Shown: positions 23,508-27,050 of the stretch, one piece after another
Numbering within the stretch: position 1 is the stretch's first letter
Layout of the letters: each line of letters starts with the position of its first letter
Origin: Bacteroidota bacterium
Lineage (GTDB): Bacteria > Bacteroidota > Bacteroidia > Chitinophagales > LD1
Length of the DNA: 27,050 bases
Direction: 5' to 3'
Assembly: GCA_018267435.1 (NCBI GenBank)
Contig: JAFDYM010000431.1
Location: 1-27,050, forward strand
The notes under the pieces: model-generated
Told to the model about the DNA's origin: nothing
Databases searched by the model: none
The model's input: only the letters and a program-made list of their open reading frames with translations
Made by a program: the position numbers and the translations under genes

Positions 23508-25137
23508 TTTAATAAAAAGAAGTACAAAAGAGACCCCCTTAACATGGAACGACCTTGATGATAATTGGGCGCAAATAGAAGATAGCCTAAACGCACTGGG
23601 CAACCAGCAACTATATAGCATACAAGATGTAACACATACCAATACTTGCGCTAGCAGCGGGGTAAATAGCCACGTGCTAAGTGCCCATGTACGCTTGCTA
23701 GGTAATGTGCAAGGTGTACCTATGCTTAGGGGCTGTGTAATACTAAATGGAAAGGTAACGGTAGTAGGCGAATCGATGAAGATGTTTTTAGGCAATACTT
23801 ATCCACTTGCCAGCAATGATGTAACAAATGTAGCTGCGGGATATGATGTGGATATAGAAACAGATCAATACCCTGCAACCATTAACGTGTATATGTGGGA
23901 TGAGAAAGGCAACTATGCCGCACCTTATACTTATATCATAGATGAGAACCCATGTGCATTTGTAAATTTAGTGTCGTGTGTAGCTGGGCTGAATGCTGCC
24001 ACATTTGGGCGTACGCTTGATTTTACTGTGCAAGTAAACGGAAGCGATACTTATAAGCTACAGTATTTTGATGGTGATGCCTGGCAAGATCTACATACGT
24101 TTACTACTGCCGAAAGCGAGGTAAGCCTATCGGTACCTATTGCCGATAGTATACCTACAGGCCTGCAGCAGATAAGGGTTGTAGATGTAAGCAACGGTGC
24201 TATAAGCAATACGCTAGATGTATTGCTAAGTTATAGCGATTGGTATGCTTGGCATTTGCCTGCTGTAAGCGAGTGCGACGGCACACAAAAACTTACCATG
24301 ACTTATAACATTGGCAGGATGCCTGCCAGCACTTTGGTGCTTGAGTATGATAGCCCAGCAGGTGGGTGGGAGACCCTTGCCACATATGAGTTTGACACGC
24401 CAATGCAAATGCCATATGCCGGGGGCGAAACAATGGATGTAGACATACCTGCGGGCACCTATAACTTCAGGCTCAGGAACTTGCTAACTGGAAGTGTATT
24501 GCTAAATGAAGGTGTAGACATAATAGCCTGCGAAGATGTGGAGTTGGATATAGAAATAGCAACTGCTGATGTAGTATGTGCCGAAGCTACAGGCTATATG
24601 CGCAAGCTAAATTTACAGCTTGAATTAAATGTTGGCAGTGGCGATTACAAAGTGCAAGTTTACTATGCTGGCTATTGGGGCGATATGCACGAGTTTAGCT
24701 ATACAACAGGTACAGCCCTAGTAGATTTTTATGTGCCAAGCTCGCTACCATGGGGCACGCACAATATTCGCATAATAGATATAGCTAACGACACTACAAG
24801 CAATGAAGTAAGTGTAGCGTTGGCATATACCGACAGCTATGAATGGACGATAGCACCTACAGTTTATTGCGATGGCAGTACACAAAAGCTAGACGCTGCT
24901 CTTACCTTCAGCAACACACCAGCTTCTGCCTTAATACTTGAGGTATATGCAGCTGGAACCTGGGTAGAATTGAGTAGCACTGAAGTGCCTGCCACTGGTA
25001 GCAATACTACTAGCTTAGGCAGCCCTATAATTATAGCTGAGCCGCTTGACGGCACCTACAATGTACGCTTGCGGAATACTATAACCGGCAACTCTATACT
25101 AGCAACAGATGTAGCATTTGCAAGCTGTGCACTGTAG
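23500..25137 (+). CDS. Putative virion appendage/adhesin with anchor motif and four Ig-like beta modules
   Basis: 'IKRSTKETPLTWNDLDDNW..IE' N-terminus; acidic, beta-rich; internal duplication at about aa 173-344 and 370-543. Confidence 0.6.
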   Translation: MIDLIKRSTKETPLTWNDLDDNWAQIEDSLNALGNQQLYSIQDVTHTNTCASSGVNSHVLSAHVRLLGNVQGVPMLRGCVILNGKVTVVGESMKMFLGNTYPLASNDVTNVAAGYDVDIETDQYPATINVYMWDEKGNYAAPYTYIIDENPCAFVNLVSCVAGLNAATFGRTLDFTVQVNGSDTYKLQYFDGDAWQDLHTFTTAESEVSLSVPIADSIPTGLQQIRVVDVSNGAISNTLDVLLSYSDWYAWHLPAVSECDGTQKLTMTYNIGRMPASTLVLEYDSPAGGWETLATYEFDTPMQMPYAGGETMDVDIPAGTYNFRLRNLLTGSVLLNEGVDIIACEDVELDIEIATADVVCAEATGYMRKLNLQLELNVGSGDYKVQVYYAGYWGDMHEFSYTTGTALVDFYVPSSLPWGTHNIRIIDIANDTTSNEVSVALAYTDSYEWTIAPTVYCDGSTQKLDAALTFSNTPASALILEVYAAGTWVELSSTEVPATGSNTTSLGSPIIIAEPLDGTYNVRLRNTITGNSILATDVAFASCAL

Positions 25138-25169
25138 CCCAATTTTTTTATAACACATAACACAAGCAC

Positions 25170-25697
25170 ATGAAGCAAACAGAATTTGTTACGCTATACT
25201 ACCCCCATGCCTATGCTGCGCAAAAGCGAACTGGCATATCGGCCACAGCTATATTGGCGCAGGCAGCGCTTGAAAGCGGTTGGGGTAAAGCGGCGCCAGG
25301 CAATATGTTTTTTGGTATAAAAGATACCGATGGCGTAAACGGCAATGAACAGTTGCTAGTTACCGCCGAATACAGCCGCAGGGCCGATTTAAAGTTCCCT
25401 GAAATAATATCTATTACCCCACAACTGCGCAATGGGCAAAAGTGGTTTAAGTATAAAGTAAAAGACTATTTCAGAAAATACGATACGGCCGAAGAGTGCT
25501 TTGTTGACCACTGCAACTTCTTCTACAAAAACAAAAGATACGCCAAGGCGCTACAGGTAAAAGCTAATGCTACAGCGTTTATAAAAGCCATAGCTGAAGC
25601 AGGCTATGCTACCGACCCCGCGTATGCCGAAACGCTATTGGCCGTAGCTAAGAAGATAGATGCTTTAATAACCAAACAGAAAACCAAGACACAGTAA
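25170..25697 (+). CDS. GH73 glucosaminidase/muramidase (FlgJ-like), endolysin candidate
   Basis: 'ILAQAALESGWG' (catalytic Glu), 'GNMFFGIK', 'FRKY' and 'GYATDPAY'; no signal peptide or binding domain. Confidence 0.9.
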   Translation: MKQTEFVTLYYPHAYAAQKRTGISATAILAQAALESGWGKAAPGNMFFGIKDTDGVNGNEQLLVTAEYSRRADLKFPEIISITPQLRNGQKWFKYKVKDYFRKYDTAEECFVDHCNFFYKNKRYAKALQVKANATAFIKAIAEAGYATDPAYAETLLAVAKKIDALITKQKTKTQ

Positions 25698-26611
25698 TGG
25701 CACGCACAATAGAAGAAATATATAACGCTATAGTGGCCGAGAAGCAAAGCTTTGCCGAGCTTGATAACCTTATGCCACAATACAACCTTGCACCGCCTGC
25801 AGTGGGCAACCCCTTTGCCGATATGCTGAACGAAGTAGCATCGGTAAGTAAGGTAGCTATATGGAAGCTATGGATATACCTGGTAGCCGTGGCGCTATAT
25901 ACGCACGAAACGCTATGGGATAAATTTAGGGAAGAAACTGAGGAGATAGCACGGCAAAGCATAGCAGGTAACTTGGCTTGGTATGCAGCGCAGGTTAAGC
26001 TATGGCAATTTGGTTCGCCCTTGCTATGGAACCACACTGCGTATAGGTATTACTACTTAGATGCCGGCACACCGCAAGGCATAGCCAAGCGCCTTGCCCA
26101 AAAGGTAAGCTGCGTAGAAGTAAACAATGCGTTGGTTAATGGCGTGCTTATAAAAGTGGCCCGCGTAAGCGGCGGCATATTGGCACCGCTTACGCCACCT
26201 CAGCTTAGCAGTTTAACCACGTATGTTAACCGCATAAAGTTTGCAGGCGTGCAAACGGCGGTAGTAAGCCTACCGCCCGATAGGGTAAAGCTGAGCTTGA
26301 AAGTATACTACGATGGCACGCTTGACCTTGCTGTGTTTAAAACCGAGCTAGAAGCAGGCATAGAGGCATACCTGCGCAACATAGAGTTTGATGGTGTGCT
26401 GTACTTAAACGAGTTGGTAGATGCCATACAGGCATTGCGCGGCACTAAGGAGCCTTGGGTGTATGTAAACAGCTGCCTATGTGCACCTAACGGGCAGCTA
26501 ACATATACCACCGTGCTTGAAAGGTACGAACCTGTAAGCGGCTACTTTGAACTGGTGCCTATAGGTACCAATATCAATGCCGATACAACCATAGATTATA
26601 TACCCATTTAA
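25697..26611 (+). CDS. Baseplate wedge protein J-like (Mu gp47-like)
   Basis: 'MARTIEEIYNAI', 'SKVAIWKLWIYLVA', 'GNLAWYAAQV..WQFG', 'YVNRIKFAGV..AVVS.PPD', 'AIEAYL.NIEFDG', 'LVDAIQAL.G'. Confidence 0.75.
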   Translation: MARTIEEIYNAIVAEKQSFAELDNLMPQYNLAPPAVGNPFADMLNEVASVSKVAIWKLWIYLVAVALYTHETLWDKFREETEEIARQSIAGNLAWYAAQVKLWQFGSPLLWNHTAYRYYYLDAGTPQGIAKRLAQKVSCVEVNNALVNGVLIKVARVSGGILAPLTPPQLSSLTTYVNRIKFAGVQTAVVSLPPDRVKLSLKVYYDGTLDLAVFKTELEAGIEAYLRNIEFDGVLYLNELVDAIQALRGTKEPWVYVNSCLCAPNGQLTYTTVLERYEPVSGYFELVPIGTNINADTTIDYIPI

Positions 26612-26627
26612 CCCCCGCACTTATACT

Positions 26628-27050
26628 ATGTACTTATGGAATATATACCAATGGGTAGAAAATGAACTACCTGTAGAGGTAAGGCGGCCCACAATGGCAA
26701 AGTGGATGCAAGCACTGCTAAAACCGCTTAAGGAGCTACACAGCTATTTTGAAACCTATAGGCTAGCTACGCTTAAAAAGATGCGCTACAACGGGCAGGT
26801 AATAGTGCTTGAAAACGTACTGAATGATTTGTACGACCCCCTGCTGCGCAGGTTTAGGATAAGCACTACATACGATGTGCTTAACCCGCTGTACATATAT
26901 AAGCAAAACGAAGTAAGCAATACTAACCCTGCACCGTATCTGCGTACCGAGCAAGCCTATGTGCAAGATACGGCCCATGTGCTTACCCGTATATATCTGC
27001 ATACCACTAATGAGTTAGGAGTGCTTTATGACTTTATAGTGTTAGCACCC
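26628..27050 (+). CDS. Baseplate wedge protein I-like (Mu gp48-like), partial; runs off the window edge
   Basis: Manual translation from ATG 26628, open to the end: MYLWNIYQWVENELPVEVRRPTMAKWMQALLKPLKELHSYFETYRLATLKKMRYNGQVIVLENVLNDLYD...YDFIVLAP. 'LP..LR......W...L..P...L' and 'NGQV..LE..LND' patterns. Not in the ORF track. Confidence 0.75.
   Translation, partial: MYLWNIYQWVENELPVEVRRPTMAKWMQALLKPLKELHSYFETYRLATLKKMRYNGQVIVLENVLNDLYDPLLRRFRISTTYDVLNPLYIYKQNEVSNTNPAPYLRTEQAYVQDTAHVLTRIYLHTTNELGVLYDFIVLAP

Larger units (their letters stand above)
6916..27050. mobile_element. Mu-like (Bacteroidota-type) phage-derived head plus contractile-tail gene cluster; no mobility genes in the window; right end not seen
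   Basis: Contiguous TerS/TerL/gp36/DUF935-like portal on the minus strand; protease/capsid/sheath/tube/tape measure/baseplate on the plus strand. Confidence 0.9.

Noticed and set aside
7037-27002. Shadow ORFs over phage genes (e.g. 8637-9068, 12344-12991, 15133-15633, 19594-20232, 21739-22425, 26763-27002)
   Set aside because: Antisense to well-supported structural genes; Ser/Leu-rich translations typical of non-coding frames.
15880-27050. eCIS (Afp/PVC-type), T6SS or simple R-type tailocin
   Set aside because: No Afp15-like AAA ATPase, TssJLM/ClpV or toxin cargo is visible, and intact terminase, portal and capsid genes are co-regulated with the tail.
6916-27050. Ordinary inducible Mu-like prophage
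   Set aside because: Not supported within the window (no transposase, repressor or left end), but not fully excluded because the right boundary is unseen.
1-27050. tRNA, rRNA, IS transposase, integrase/att site, DGR reverse transcriptase or invertase
   Set aside because: No recognisable sequence or ORF for any of these in the window.

Overview
Bacteroidota-type chromosomal window. This assignment is inferred from TAnnTTTG-type promoters, no obvious Shine-Dalgarno motifs and the protein families. Positions 1-6919 hold ordinary host genes: AI-2E transporter (partial), scpA, LPG-synthase/flippase-like membrane protein, dienelactone hydrolase, iron-containing ADH, PuuD-like C26 hydrolase and patatin. 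From 6916 to the window end lies an apparently intact Mu-like virion-morphogenesis cluster in two divergent operons. The leftward operon encodes TerS, TerL, a gp36/DUF1320-like adaptor, an orphan beta-rich protein, a DUF935-like portal and a tail terminator-like protein. The rightward operon encodes prohead protease/scaffold, major capsid, holin-like proteins, a u-spanin-like lipoprotein, sheath, tube, frameshifted tail chaperone, tape measure, baseplate proteins, two paralogous appendage proteins and a GH73 muramidase. No transposase, integrase, repressor, replication gene or prophage end is visible. The leftward operon ends by overlapping the stop codon of the host patatin gene, the spacers carry REP-like hairpins, and both operons appear to run from one mirror-symmetric bidirectional promoter. 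My leading hypothesis is a domesticated, host-controlled Mu-derived particle (GTA-like or a headed contractile particle) rather than a normal prophage, but the right boundary is outside the window. All family assignments come from motif recognition, not database searches.
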